Source: Ostrea edulis (lineage: Eukaryota). Taken from it: 64,000 bases of DNA. The translations under genes and the position numbers were made by a program. The DNA is taken from assembly GCF_947568905.1 (NCBI RefSeq), contig NC_079172.1:34720001-34784000 (forward strand), written 5' to 3'. Positions 24,828 to 36,150 of the stretch are shown one piece after another; the stretch's first letter is position 1, and each line of letters begins with the position of its first letter. A model generated the notes under the pieces. It saw only the letters and a list, made by a program, of their open reading frames with translations. It made no database searches and had not been told where the DNA came from.

Positions 24828-25569
24828 GTACATACATGATCGTAAGAGAGAACTGATTGAAGATTCACGTGTGGTCAGATGAATCCAGTGACAGTATGCA
24901 ACATTTATTTAGGTATACTTATTTTAGAATACTGAGTTTTGGTTTATCAGATCCAGTGAATGTCCACATTTAATAAAATCTTTCGACATTCTACAATACA
25001 AAAGGCCTATTTTTATTGATATAAAACATGCACAAATATTGCATGATCTAAATGCATTCTATGGTTAAAATGAGAATAATTATTTTTGTACTTTACACTT
25101 CCACTCAATCAGGCTTGTTGTCTTGGGTTATTGTCACAGGTGCTTGTTTCATAGACTTGGTAAGCTATGCTATTTTAAAACACGTGTTATTTAATAGCAT
25201 AACTCATGAAGTCTATGAAACAAGCACCTATGGTTAAAGTGGTTGTAATATAGCTGGAAAAAAAAAATTAAAAATCTTAATACTGTTTTGCCTTCATTTT
25301 CTGGCATTGACACGGAGTACCTATGCTGTCTCTCGTTTGCGTTAAGTGGATGTATCTTGGAACCGTTTTGGGTGTTTTTAATGCTGGTAATTTACCATGT
25401 CTGTAAATTACCAGCATCCTCTAGCACAAAGGCAGTAAATTTTCCTGCCACAGCAAAACCAATCACAAGACCATGATGTTGTCTTTATCACACATTCACA
25501 TGCATTAAAAATCAAATAACTCGTGAAGGTTTATGTGTTATTATTAGTCAAACTGTAATTCCATGATGT

Positions 25570-26840
25570 CAGGGCTCGCAATTAACATATATGCCCGTCA
25601 GTCTGTGACTAGTTAAAAGTCTGGCGGATTGACTGACATTTGTTTTAGTCAGTCCGATGGGACTGGTTAGTTTTCTTAAGCTTCATTTTGGAATATATAC
25701 TTTTGAAATTTTACACACACATTTGGCATGCTTCGATCTGTAGATATCAGACGAATCTGATTCTTATATATATAAATCCCACATTTAACTGTTACAATAT
25801 TGTTTGAGGCATATTAACGTAGTTCCACACTCCTGTGACGTCATAAGATTTAAATTTACAAAGTCAATGATTTAATGATTGGAACATAAATTTTGTTGGA
25901 GTCTTTTTCAATAGTTATTTTTAAAAAATTGTCAGCCATAAAGTATTTCAAAAGTCTTAGTTATATTTGAATAGTCAATGATATGTTTCAAAATATTGAA
26001 TCCAAGGACAATAACTCCGTTTTCAATAAATTATTTATGCGATAGATTTCCTTAATTTTTAACAAACATTTTACCAAGGTGATAAGGAATCATTATCTGT
26101 GTCTTTTCGTGAAATTACGTAAATTTTTTATCCATGAGTGATTTTGAATAGCTCAGCTGTATGGTGCCAGACTTCGATTTTTTATGGGGGTATACATACT
26201 TTAGAAGCTATAAATTTGAAATTATTAAGGAAAGGTATGGATTTTTTTCATAAATAACTATAATAATAGATGTACATCTACTAATATAAACAGAAAAAAT
26301 GATATGTAAATCATGCTATAAGGAAGTTGTGTCCACATTTATTCGTTTTTTAACATTTTGGAGAATAATGGTAATTCAATAATTCTGCACTTATTATTCT
26401 AAAACTTGATGAACATATTGAAAATGACGTGTTTTAGTTATTGACATGTTTCTTGATAAATAAATGCAATTAAACAATTTTCTTGTTGTTTTTATTTTAA
26501 AATAACCGTTTCCAATGAATTTCATAAAATCTACATAGGGGTACATGACTTCAGTAGTGTCTGTAATGAAAATTAATGTGGAAATCCTTATCTAATTTGC
26601 ATTTTTTCATTACTCTGAATGTTAATTTATTGATTCCAAACAAAAAAATGCTACCTAAACCCCAAAAATCCAGGACTAAGGACCTACATTAAGTTAAATT
26701 TCATTTTAATAACGTTAACAAAATATGTTTAATTATTTCTGGAAAACTGTTGGGCTGGTAAATTTTTCTGCGGACTGGTTGAAATTGTACCCCATCAGTC
26801 CGGCTGGACTGGTGACATAAAAAGTTACTTTCAAGCTCTG
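25570..26840. mobile_element. Candidate non-autonomous DNA transposon (CAG termini, ~6-bp TSD) in COPS6 intron 1
   Basis: CAGGGCTCGCAATTAAC vs reverse complement CAGAGCTTGAAAGTAAC (13/17); subterminal GACTGG/CAGTC motifs; TGATGT (25564-25569) / TGATGA (26841-26846). Confidence 0.6.
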
Positions 26841-27334
26841 TGATGATGCCCCGATATTCATGATTTATCATGAAAATGCAAAGAATTTCAAATGAAATAG
26901 TACATGTATTAGCTTATGAATTTGATACAAAACATGTACTTTTTTTCTACTTTTCCATGTATCTATACATATAATACTGTACACAGTGTATTTGTGATAC
27001 ATGTGTTTTATTTGTGCATTTGATACTTCATGCATGTATCAAGCAATTCCATGCTGCTACTTTTCCCATCATTTCATGAGCATTGTATACATTCAATACA
27101 TGTACTGTACTTTCTTTGGATTGAATATATATTGAGAACAATGGGAGATGTAGTTTCCTGATTCTGGTTTATTCTAATTTTGAGTCAACAACACAAAGAA
27201 TTTTCAAAGCTTGGGGCCCAAAATTTAAATCATTGCGTTCAATACACCTGTTCTTGAGCAGTGATATAAGGGACATGATAATTTTTTTTCAGTATTAGGG
27301 ACATTGGTATAATGGCCAATGATATATATAGAAA

Positions 27335-27800
27335 TTGTACATCCATTTCAGTGTTGGGGGTTGTGATAAGTAAACATTGTGCATATATATTTCAGTGTTG
27401 GTGGCTGTGATTGGTTAACATTGTACATCTTTTTCAGTGTTGGGGGTCTGTGATTGGTTAATATTATACATCTATTTCAGTGTTGGTGGCTGTGATTGGT
27501 TAGCATTATACATTTATTTCAGTGTTGGGGGTTGTGATTGGTTAACATTATGCATCTATTTCAGTGTTGGGGGCTGTGATTAGTAAACATTGTACCTCTA
27601 TTTCAGTGTTGGGGGCTGTGATTAGTAAACATTGTACATTTATTTCAGTGTTGGGAGCTGTGATTGGTTAACATTATACATTTATTTCAGTGTTGGGGGC
27701 TGTGATTGGTTACCATTATGCATCTATTTCAGTGTTGGGGGCTGTGATTAGTAAACATTGTACATCTATTTCAGTGTTGGGGGCTGTGATTGGTAAACAG
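27335..27800 (+). repeat. 42-bp minisatellite made of the COPS6 exon-2 acceptor plus exon start (11 units)
   Basis: TTTCAG|TGTTGGGGGCTGTGATT recurs with the AG ending at 27351, 27395, 27437, 27480, 27522, 27564, 27606, 27648, 27690, 27732 and 27774. Confidence 0.95.
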
Positions 27801-27906
27801 AAGGGAAGGAACATTGAGGTTATGAATTCCTTTGAGCTGCTGTTTGATGTGATAGAAGGGGAGACAATCATAAACATGGAGTACTACAACACGAAGGAGG
27901 AGCAGT
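27775..27906 (+). CDS. COPS6: COPS6 exon 2
   Basis: [44 protein letters not shown]; 132 nt, phase 1-1. Confidence 0.93.
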
Positions 27907-27919
27907 GTGCGTCATTACT

Positions 27920-28425
27920 AATAACATTTAAAGATATCAGACTCACTCCAATATAATATGATAACAATTTAAAGATATCAGACTTGCTCCAATATCTATA
28001 ATAACAATTTAAAGATATCAGACTTGCTCCAATATCTATAATAACAATTTAAAGATATCAGACTTGCTCCAATATCTATAATAACAATTTAAAAGTATCA
28101 GTCTTGCTCCAATATTATAGCAATTTAAAGATATCAGTCTTGCTCCAATATTATAGCAATTTAAAGATATCAGACTCACTCCAATATAATAACAATTTAA
28201 AGATACCAGACTTGTTCCAATATCTCTGATAACAATTTGATAAAAGATGTCAGACTCACTCCGATATAATATGATAACAATTTAAAGATATCAGACTTGC
28301 TCCAATATCTATATTAACAATTTAAAGATATCAGACTCTCTATAATATCTCTAATAAACAATTCAAAGATGTCAGACTCACTCCAATATCTCAGATATCT
28401 GATAACAATTGAAAGATATCATACA
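27920..28425. repeat. ~40-bp AT-rich minisatellite in COPS6 intron 2
   Basis: Unit ATAACAATTTAAAGATATCAGACTTGCTCCAATATCTATA, ~12 copies with variants. Confidence 0.9.
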
Positions 28426-28880
28426 TGCTCGTTTTACAGATAAACAGGTGTTTAGTGACATGGATTTCATTTTACAGTTAAACAGGTGTTTAGTAACATG
28501 GATTTCATTTTACAGTTAAACAGGTGCTTAGTGACATGGATTTCATTGTACAGTTAAACAGGTGTTTAGTAACATGGATTTCATTTTACAGTTAAACAGG
28601 TGTTTAGAGACATGGATTTCGTTTTACAGTTAAACAGGTGTTTAGTGACATGGATTTCCTTTTACAGTTAAACAGGTGTTTAGTGACATGGATTTCATTT
28701 TACTGTTAAACAGGTGTTTAGTAACATGGATTTCATTTTACAGTTAAACAGGTGTTTAGTGACATGGATTTCGTTTTACAGTTAAACAGGTGTTTAGTGA
28801 CATGGATTTTGTTTTACAGTTAAACAGGTGTTTAGTGACATGGATTTCATTTGACAGTTTAACAGGTGTTTAGTGACATG

Positions 28881-29536
28881 CAGTGATTGGGAAGGCCAAA
28901 ATGGCCTATGGAACTATGGCCCCACGGTTCAAGTTTTCAATGGGCCATTTTCAGATTTAATGGGCCATCAACATATTTTGAATGGCCATTTTCAATAAAT
29001 AGCAAATGAGCAGTGGAACATTATTGTTTTAATTGAAACTAAACCATGACCACGATCTTTTCCACCGCTCTTGAAAATGTGTCTTCTTTGTTTCAATGTC
29101 GCCTTCTCAACGATATAATTGCCTTTATCAGTATTTGTATTTGAAGACAGTCTCCCGTTTTTTTTCTCATTAGTATTTTTTTTTTCACTTTCTGTTGTTC
29201 TATATATGTCCTTGGACTTCCGAAGCTTAAACGCTAAAGAATAAGCATTTAAGAAGACGTGATGAGATGTGGTGTAAGAGGAGATAGTTTATTGAATAGC
29301 TATTTTGATTTGTACCTATTGCTTCAACCAATGAGATTCGGTGTATCAGAATACATAGGAATTAAAAATGAAAGTACAAAAATAAGTAAGTCGTACCCAA
29401 TCCACTTCTAGAGAAAAAAACTTAAGTTATAATCGATAATGAATGCGCACTTTGGCACATGAATTAAATAATTTAATGCGCCAATTTTCACCTGAATGGG
29501 ACTATGGCGCAGGGCGCATGGCTTTCCCAATCACTG
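28881..29536. mobile_element. Non-autonomous DNA transposon (CAG termini, 6-bp TSD GACATG)
   Basis: 18-bp TIR CAGTGATTGGGAAGGCCA (1 mismatch); GACATG at 28875-28880 and 29537-29542, derived from one repeat unit. Confidence 0.9.
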
Positions 29537-29660
29537 GACATGGATTTCATTTTACAGTTAAACAGGTGTTTAGTGACATGGGTTTCATTTTACAGTTAAA
29601 CAGTTGTTTAGTGACATGGGTTTCATTTTACAGTTAAACAAGTGTTTAGTGACATGGATT

Positions 29661-30169
29661 TTTATACCCCCCGCAACAAGTTGTGGGGGGGTTATACTGG
29701 AATCGGGTTGTCCGTCTGTCTGTCCGTCCGTCCGTCTGTAGACGCAATGGTTTCCGGACTCTAAAGCATTATCCTTTCCACCTACCGTCACCATATCATA
29801 CATATGGACTACCCATGGGATGAAGATGTTCCCTATCGATTTTGGGGTCAAAAGGTCAAAGATCAAGCGCACTGGACATCGAAGAAGCAATATGGTTTCC
29901 GGGCTCTAAAGCGTTATCCTTTCCACCTACAGTCACCATATCATACATATGGACTACCCATGGGATGAAGATGTTCCCTATCGATTTTGGGGTCAAAAGG
30001 TCAAAGGTCACGCGCACTGGACATCGAAGTAGCAATATGGTTCGGTTTGTCATGCCATTTGTTTTTTACACTCAGAAAAGAGGTAGTTTATACCTATTAC
30101 CAACACCCTTTGGGAGATTGGGGTAAGCGGGGGGTATTCTTAGTGAGCATTGCTCACAGTACCTCTTGT
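29661..30169. mobile_element. Helentron-type non-autonomous element (HINE) with ~145-bp core repeats
   Basis: 5' TTTATACCCCCCGCAACAAGTTGTGGGGGG stem, (GTCC/GTCT)n microsatellite, two ~145-bp core repeats, 3' GAGCATTGCTC palindrome; inserted in a T-run. Confidence 0.75.
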
Positions 30170-30482
30170 ATTTTACAGTTAAACAGGTGTTTAGTGACAT
30201 GGATTTCATTTTACAGTTAAACAGGTGTTTAGTGACATGGATTTCGTTTTACAGTTAAACAGGTGTTTAGTGACATGGATTTCGTTTTACAGTTAAACAG
30301 GTGTTTAGTGACATGGATTTCATTTTACAGTTAAACAGGTGTTTAGTGACATGTGTTTCATTTTACAGTTAAACAGGTGTTTAGTGACATGGGTTTCATT
30401 TTACAGTTAAACAGGTGTTTAGTGACATGGGTTTCATTTTACAGTTAAACAGGTGTTTAGTGACATGGGTTTCATTTTACAG

Positions 30483-30571
30483 TTAAACAGGTGTTTAGTG
30501 ACATGGATTTCCTGGGTTGGTATTCCACTGGGGACACACCTACTTTCTTGGACATTAAAATCCACAAACAG
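30483..30571 (+). CDS. COPS6: COPS6 exon 3
   Basis: [30 protein letters not shown]; 89 nt; donor CAG|GTAAGA. Confidence 0.93.
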
Positions 30572-30762
30572 GTAAGAGGCAAAATATTAAAAATTATTTA
30601 AATCATTGCAGCTCAAGATTAACATTATTTAATAATTAATGATTAGGTTGATGAAGTTTAGCATGGGTCTAGAAAATAATTCTCCATAGTTATTTGTGTC
30701 CTGTATTATGTAATTTTAACATTATTGGAGATGTCCATGTGTGTTTTTTTCTCTTTCTCCAG

Positions 30763-30825
30763 ATCTGTCAAATAAATGAGAGTCCTATATTTGTCCGTTT
30801 GAATCCCTTGGCCAGACAGTCAGAT
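30763..30825 (+). CDS. COPS6: COPS6 exon 4
   Basis: ICQINESPIFVRLNPLARQSD; 63 nt; TCTCCAG| and |GTAAGT. Confidence 0.93.
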
Positions 30826-31268
30826 GTAAGTACCAGAATGTTAAATAAACATGAGTCCTATATTTTTTCTGATTGCTTTTCCTAGCCAGACAGTCAGATG
30901 TAAGTACCAGGATGTTAAATAAACACAAGTCCTATATTTGTCTGATTGTCTCCCCTAGCCAGACAGTTAGATGTAAGTACCAGGATGTTAAATAAACACA
31001 AGTCCTATATTTGTCTGATTGTCTCCCCTAGCCAGACAGTCAGATGTAAGTTCCAGGATGTTAAATAAACATGAGTCCTATATTTGTCTGGTTACCTTCC
31101 CTAGTCAGACAGTTAGATGTTCATGTAAGTACCAGGATGTTAGATAAACACAAGTCCTATATTTGTCTGATTGCCTCCCCTGGCCAGACAGTCAGATGTA
31201 AGTACCAGGATGTTAAATAAACACGAGTCCTATATTTGTCAGATTGTCTCCTCTAGCCAGACAGTTAG
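30770..31268 (+). repeat. ~71-bp tandem decayed copies of COPS6 exon 4 plus its donor
   Basis: Unit AAATAAACA..AGTCCTATATTTGTCTGATTGTCTCCCCTAGCCAGACAGTCAGAT|GTAAGTACCAGGATGTT, ~6 copies after the real exon. Confidence 0.9.
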
Positions 31269-31690
31269 TGAATTGAAATATCATATACTTGACAACTTTG
31301 GCACCGGGGAATATTTAGCAGATTTTTCTGTAAAAGTAGTTTGAAATCTTAGCATTTTACATATTGGCACAGTTTCCATTAGAAAGTATCATTGATGTGA
31401 ATAGAAATTTTTGCACTTTTACTTTTGCCAAATCTTCCTCTTAGGCCACCTTCTAGTGCACCGGAATTACCCAACATATGGAAGACTGTACTCTAACTTT
31501 TGTTAAGCTCATACTAGACATAAATACTGCTGTTAAATATAAAGAACATGAGGGATAAAATATTAGACACTAATTGACTTGAGCTTGAAGATCGTGTGGT
31601 GCAGAGGTAGACACAGTGCTGAACCTAATGAAATGTTTTATCTGTGTCAAAGTTGTATATTTGTTTAAGTATTTTCCATAATCCAGTTTT

Positions 31691-32032
31691 GACTGCCACA
31701 GTGGTCTAGAGGTTAGAACGTTCGCTCTGCATGTGGAAGGCCGGGATTTGAATCCCAGCTGCGACAGACCTAAATTATAGAAACAGGTAGTGACAATTCC
31801 ATCGTCAAGCGCTCGGCATCAGGTGTGAATGTCACTGGTCCTCGTAGATGACCTTAAAAACGGATGCCCCGTGTCACGGTACATGTAGGTGTGACACGCT
31901 AAAGAACCCTCACTTCTCATCGGCCATAAGCGCCGAGCAAGGGTCTAAATTTGAAGCCCTTCACTGGTCTTGATGACGTTTCCATATGAGTGAAAAATTC
32001 TCAAGAGAGGCATTAAACAAGATACAATCAAT
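31691..32032 (+). mobile_element. Full-length tRNA-derived SINE with 14-bp TSD
   Basis: tRNA-like head, shared SINE body, CAAT tail; CATAATCCAGTTTT at 31677-31690 and 32033-32046. Confidence 0.9.
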
Positions 32033-32140
32033 CATAATCCAGTTTTGACACTTGAAATTTTAAATTAAGAACTATGCAAACTAGTCAATATATCCTGATT
32101 TTATAGATCTTCGATTGAATGTGTCCTTTCTCTTTTACAG

Positions 32141-32188
32141 CTTCCAGTAACAATTTTTGAGTCTGTGATAGACCTGGTGAACAATGAA
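32141..32188 (+). CDS. COPS6: COPS6 exon 5
   Basis: LPVTIFESVIDLVNNE; 48 nt; TTTTACAG| and |GTAAGT. Confidence 0.93.
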
Positions 32189-32436
32189 GTAAGTACATAT
32201 TAAATTGATAAAGAAACATTATATGTTAAGTGAAGTTTGATAATTTAAAAATTTTCTTTTCAAATGTAGCATTTTCTTTTTATCAGAGAGGATATAAAGT
32301 AAAATTGACAGTGTTTATAATTGCTACATATTAGGTTGTAAATTCTATTCATTCCACATCAAAAGATTAATGTACAGTTAAGTTTGATCAGAAGGAACCT
32401 GAAAGTTCCACTGAGAGAATGTCTATGTGCTCACAG

Positions 32437-33000
32437 TTGTCTGTTAGTTGTCTGTGTTAGTTGTTTATGTTAGTTGTCTGTGTTAGTTGTTAGTTGTCTA
32501 TGTTAGTTGTCTATGTTAGTTGTCTATGTTAGTTGTCTGTGTTAGTTGTTTGTGTTAGTTGTCTGTGTTAGTTATTTATGTTAGTTGTCTATGTTAGTTG
32601 TCTGTGTTAGTTGTCTGTGTTAGTTGTTTGTGTTAGTTGTCTATCTTTAATGATGTTGATATTTTGTTGACGAGTCATCATGTTGTTGATATGTCTGTGC
32701 AGGTCGTTTAATGATGTTGATATTTTGTTGACGAGTCATCATGTTGTTGATATGTCTGTGCAGGCCGTTGAATGATGTTGATATTTTGTTGACGAGTCAT
32801 CATGTTGATATGTCTGTGCAGGTCGTTTAATGATGTTGATATATTGTTGATGAGTCTTCATGTTGTTGATATGTCTGTGCAGGTCGTTTAATGATGTTGA
32901 TATTTTGTTTACGAGTCATCATGTTGTTGATATGTCTGTGCAGGTCATTGAATGATGTTGATATTTTGTTGACGAGTCATCATGTTGTTGAGGAATTGTT
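32437..33000. repeat. 13-bp then ~61-bp minisatellites in COPS6 intron 5
   Basis: (GTTAGTTGTCTGT)n to ~32645, then GTCGTTTAATGATGTTGATATTTTGTTGACGAGTCATCATGTTGTTGATATGTCTGTGCAG x5-6. Confidence 0.9.
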
Positions 33001-33057
33001 GATATTTTCATTATGATACCTTGTTTACCTGCTATATTGTTGATATTTTGTTTACAG

Positions 33058-33172
33058 GCCACTATGTTGTTTGTTGAGCTACAGTACACACTGGCTACAG
33101 AGGAAGCTGAAAGGATAGGAGTGGATCATGTGGCACGAGTATCAACCTCAGATACTGGGGAGGGGTCATCAG
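33058..33172 (+). CDS. COPS6: COPS6 exon 6
   Basis: [38 protein letters not shown]; 115 nt. Confidence 0.95.
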
Positions 33173-33473
33173 GTACATATAGCATGTATAAATAAGCCAA
33201 GTAATTAGTAACAGACTAAAAATCCACTGCATTAAAAGAAAAACTTTGTATAATTATTGAGTGTAATTGTCTTTTTGTAAAAGTATTCATTTTCAAATTG
33301 ACAAGCATTAGAAATGGATTTTATTGTCAAGTGCTAGATATCATGGACTTTATTGTCAACTGTTAAGTATGGAAAGTTCTTACATACTTCATCAGAAAAA
33401 ACAAACTAGATTATAACTATTTATCATGAACATTGTATAACACTGTAGATGAAATATTTTCTGATGATTACAG

Positions 33474-33566
33474 TGGCTGAACACCTGATAGCCCAGCACA
33501 GTTCTATCAAAATGTTACACAGTCGTGTGAAGATCATACTGGAGTACATCAAGGCAGTACAGGCTG
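33474..33566 (+). CDS. COPS6: COPS6 exon 7
   Basis: [31 protein letters not shown]; 93 nt. Confidence 0.95.
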
Positions 33567-33804
33567 GTATGTAAGAGAGATAACTCTTGTAGTTTAGAGA
33601 GTAAATTGTATTTTACAAATATTTTATGAGTGATATCATACAGTGCAAAGTCTTTTGAAATACTGTCAAACAACTGTTATCAGTATTTTGATAAATTTTA
33701 TTCTCAAGCTAGCAGTGAAGAATTCAATCATGACTATTGATATTCAATTCATGAAGCAAAGACACTTAACTATACAAACAAATATTAATCTAAGTCTTCA
33801 TGAT

Positions 33805-34220
33805 CCTCATATATACAGCAGACTCATTACAGCAGGCTTATGTGTACAACAGGCTTATGTGTACAGCAGACTCATATGTACAACAGGCTCATATGTACAA
33901 CAAGCTCTTATGTACAACAGGCTCATATGTACAACAGGCTTATGTGTACAGCAGACTCATATGTACAACAGACTCATGTGTACAACAGACTCATATGTAC
34001 AACTGACTCATGTGTACAACAGACTCATATGTACAACAGACTCATACGTACAACAGACTCATACGTACAATAGGCTCATGTATGTGCAACACGCTCTTAT
34101 GATGTTCAGCAGGCTTGTATGTGTACAATAGGCTTGTACATACATAGCAGACTTTTATGTTTATAGCAGGCTCATGTGATGTTCTGCAGACTTATATGTG
34201 TACAGCAAGCTCATATGCAT
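33805..34220. repeat. 17-bp minisatellite in COPS6 intron 7
   Basis: Unit ATGTACAACAGACTCAT. Confidence 0.9.
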
Positions 34221-34402
34221 GCTAGCCTAAGCCTTCCTTGTGAAGATAACCAGTTTTTTAAAATATGTTTTACACTGCTGGAGAGCTGTGTGATTTGTGG
34301 ACCATGAAATCATGTGTTTCATGTAATATGTCTGAAATATTTCCATGAAAATGGGCAAATTATGTTTTTGTAAGATGACAAAACTTAAGTTCTATGTTGT
34401 AG

Positions 34403-34503
34403 GAGAGGTCCCAAAGAACCACGATATTCTACGCGAAGCTTACAGTCTCTGTTACAGACTGCCTGTTCTCAATACACCAAAGTTCAAAGAGGACTTCTAT
34501 AAT
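34403..34503 (+). CDS. COPS6: COPS6 exon 8
   Basis: [34 protein letters not shown]; 101 nt. Confidence 0.95.
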
Positions 34504-34808
34504 GTAAGATGATGTAATGAATTATGAGTTCAGAGAAGAGAGAGACTTGATTCTGCAATATGTCGAATGCTTGTTCATATACATTCTGTATGAATTCTTA
34601 CATAGCATTACTTAAAATAAGGCAGTTTTAGTACAGTATTTTACGATCATCAAAATATGTCAATTGATTTGTTTGTTAGTTGTATTACATCCCATTCAAG
34701 ATTTTTTCACTCATGAAGACAGAAATCATGCTTTTACTAGCCAGTTCCTAAATGTATCACCAGTGCAAAGTACAGTACATGTGACAGTGTGGAGTAATTT
34801 TATCTATG

Positions 34809-35410
34809 CAGTGAAACCTGTCTACGGTTAAAAAAGATTTATTCCATAGTTTCTGAGGCCCCGTCGCATCCATTGAATAGGTACCACATGGAATTTGGGT
34901 GGTTTTTTCAATTTATACATGTACATGTTTAGTTATGTAAATGAAGCACCTCTTATGTTATAGATATTTATGTAAAACTTTCAGAATGTTTTGATATAAT
35001 TGTAAGTATCTTTTTGATCAATAATTATTGAATGCATACTCATTTATGCGTAAGAGGAATTTTAATAGTATACATAAAATAGTAACGTAAAACTTTTTTT
35101 TTTTTAATCAAAATTTCATCAGTTATTCTACATGTTCTATATATGAGAAAAAAAAGGTAACTCATTCTACATTCAACATAAAAAGGAAAGATATAAAAAA
35201 TGAGAAAAATAACACCTGTCTGTCTCATCAAAATTTGAAATTTTTGGCCTGAGAAACTATTTATAAATTTTTTTTGGCCTAATCTGACATGCACTGGGAG
35301 ACTAATATTTTGTTGGAATAAACAATGTAGCAAACAGTGAAAATGAAAATAAGGGCCGGACTGTGCAGTGATGCGGATTACACAGGTGTCGGTTTAGGCA
35401 GGTTTCACTG
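34809..35410. mobile_element. pogo/Tigger-like MITE
   Basis: CAGTGAAACCTGTCTA at 34809 and TAGGCAGGTTTCACTG ending 35410 (15/16); TA TSD not preserved. Confidence 0.55.
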
Positions 35411-36081
35411 TCTGTGATCTTTACTCATTGCACTTGTAATAGTAATTAGGGAGAAAAGCAACAAACCAGAAAAGGATTTAAACCTGGGATCCCTGAATTT
35501 CTAGTCAAATACTCTACAAACTGAGCTATCTGGCCACCAGTGATCAAACCCATTTGACCAATTCACACTGAAGACAATACAAGAATTAACCTCTACATTA
35601 AATCTATACCAAAAAAAAAAAAATATATATATATATACAATTTTGTGAAGAGAATTTACTTAACTTTAGACAAAATCAAAGCATTCTGTTGATTTTCTAC
35701 ATATATGTAATCATAATGAAACAAAAGAGGTAGGGGGTACTAAGCTCCCTAGTATGACAACTGCAATAATGAACACAGAATTGTAAATTTAGTGCACAGC
35801 GATAATTCATGATTGTGCCAATAGTCACAGGCTTACGGTTATGCTAACTTATGAATAAGCTGAAATAAATACACAGTAATGCAGTATTTATACCTTGTCA
35901 AGGCATAAAGGAAAAAGAAGTATTCAAGCTCTGTTTTACGATTTTTTTCCCCCCATTAAAGTGTCATATTAACTAAATGCTGGTAAATGTGTAATACAGG
36001 AACAATAACTCTGTCTTCCTTACTCATCAGAAGTGTTTTCAACAATGACATTCATAATGTTTTGCTATTTTGTTTTTCCAG

Positions 36082-36150
36082 CAATGTAATGATGTCTGTC
36101 TGATGGCTTATCTAGGAACCATCACCAAGGGCTGCAACACAATAAATCAG
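36082..36150 (+). CDS. COPS6: COPS6 exon 9
   Basis: [23 protein letters not shown]; 69 nt. Confidence 0.95.

Larger units (their letters stand above)
28430..30511 (+). repeat. 38-bp minisatellite made of the COPS6 exon-3 acceptor plus exon start (24 units, interrupted by two TEs)
   Basis: Unit ATTTTACAG|TTAAACAGGTGTTTAGTGACATGGATTTC; 12 units with acceptor positions 28439-28857, 3 at 29557-29633, 9 at 30178-30482. Confidence 0.95.
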
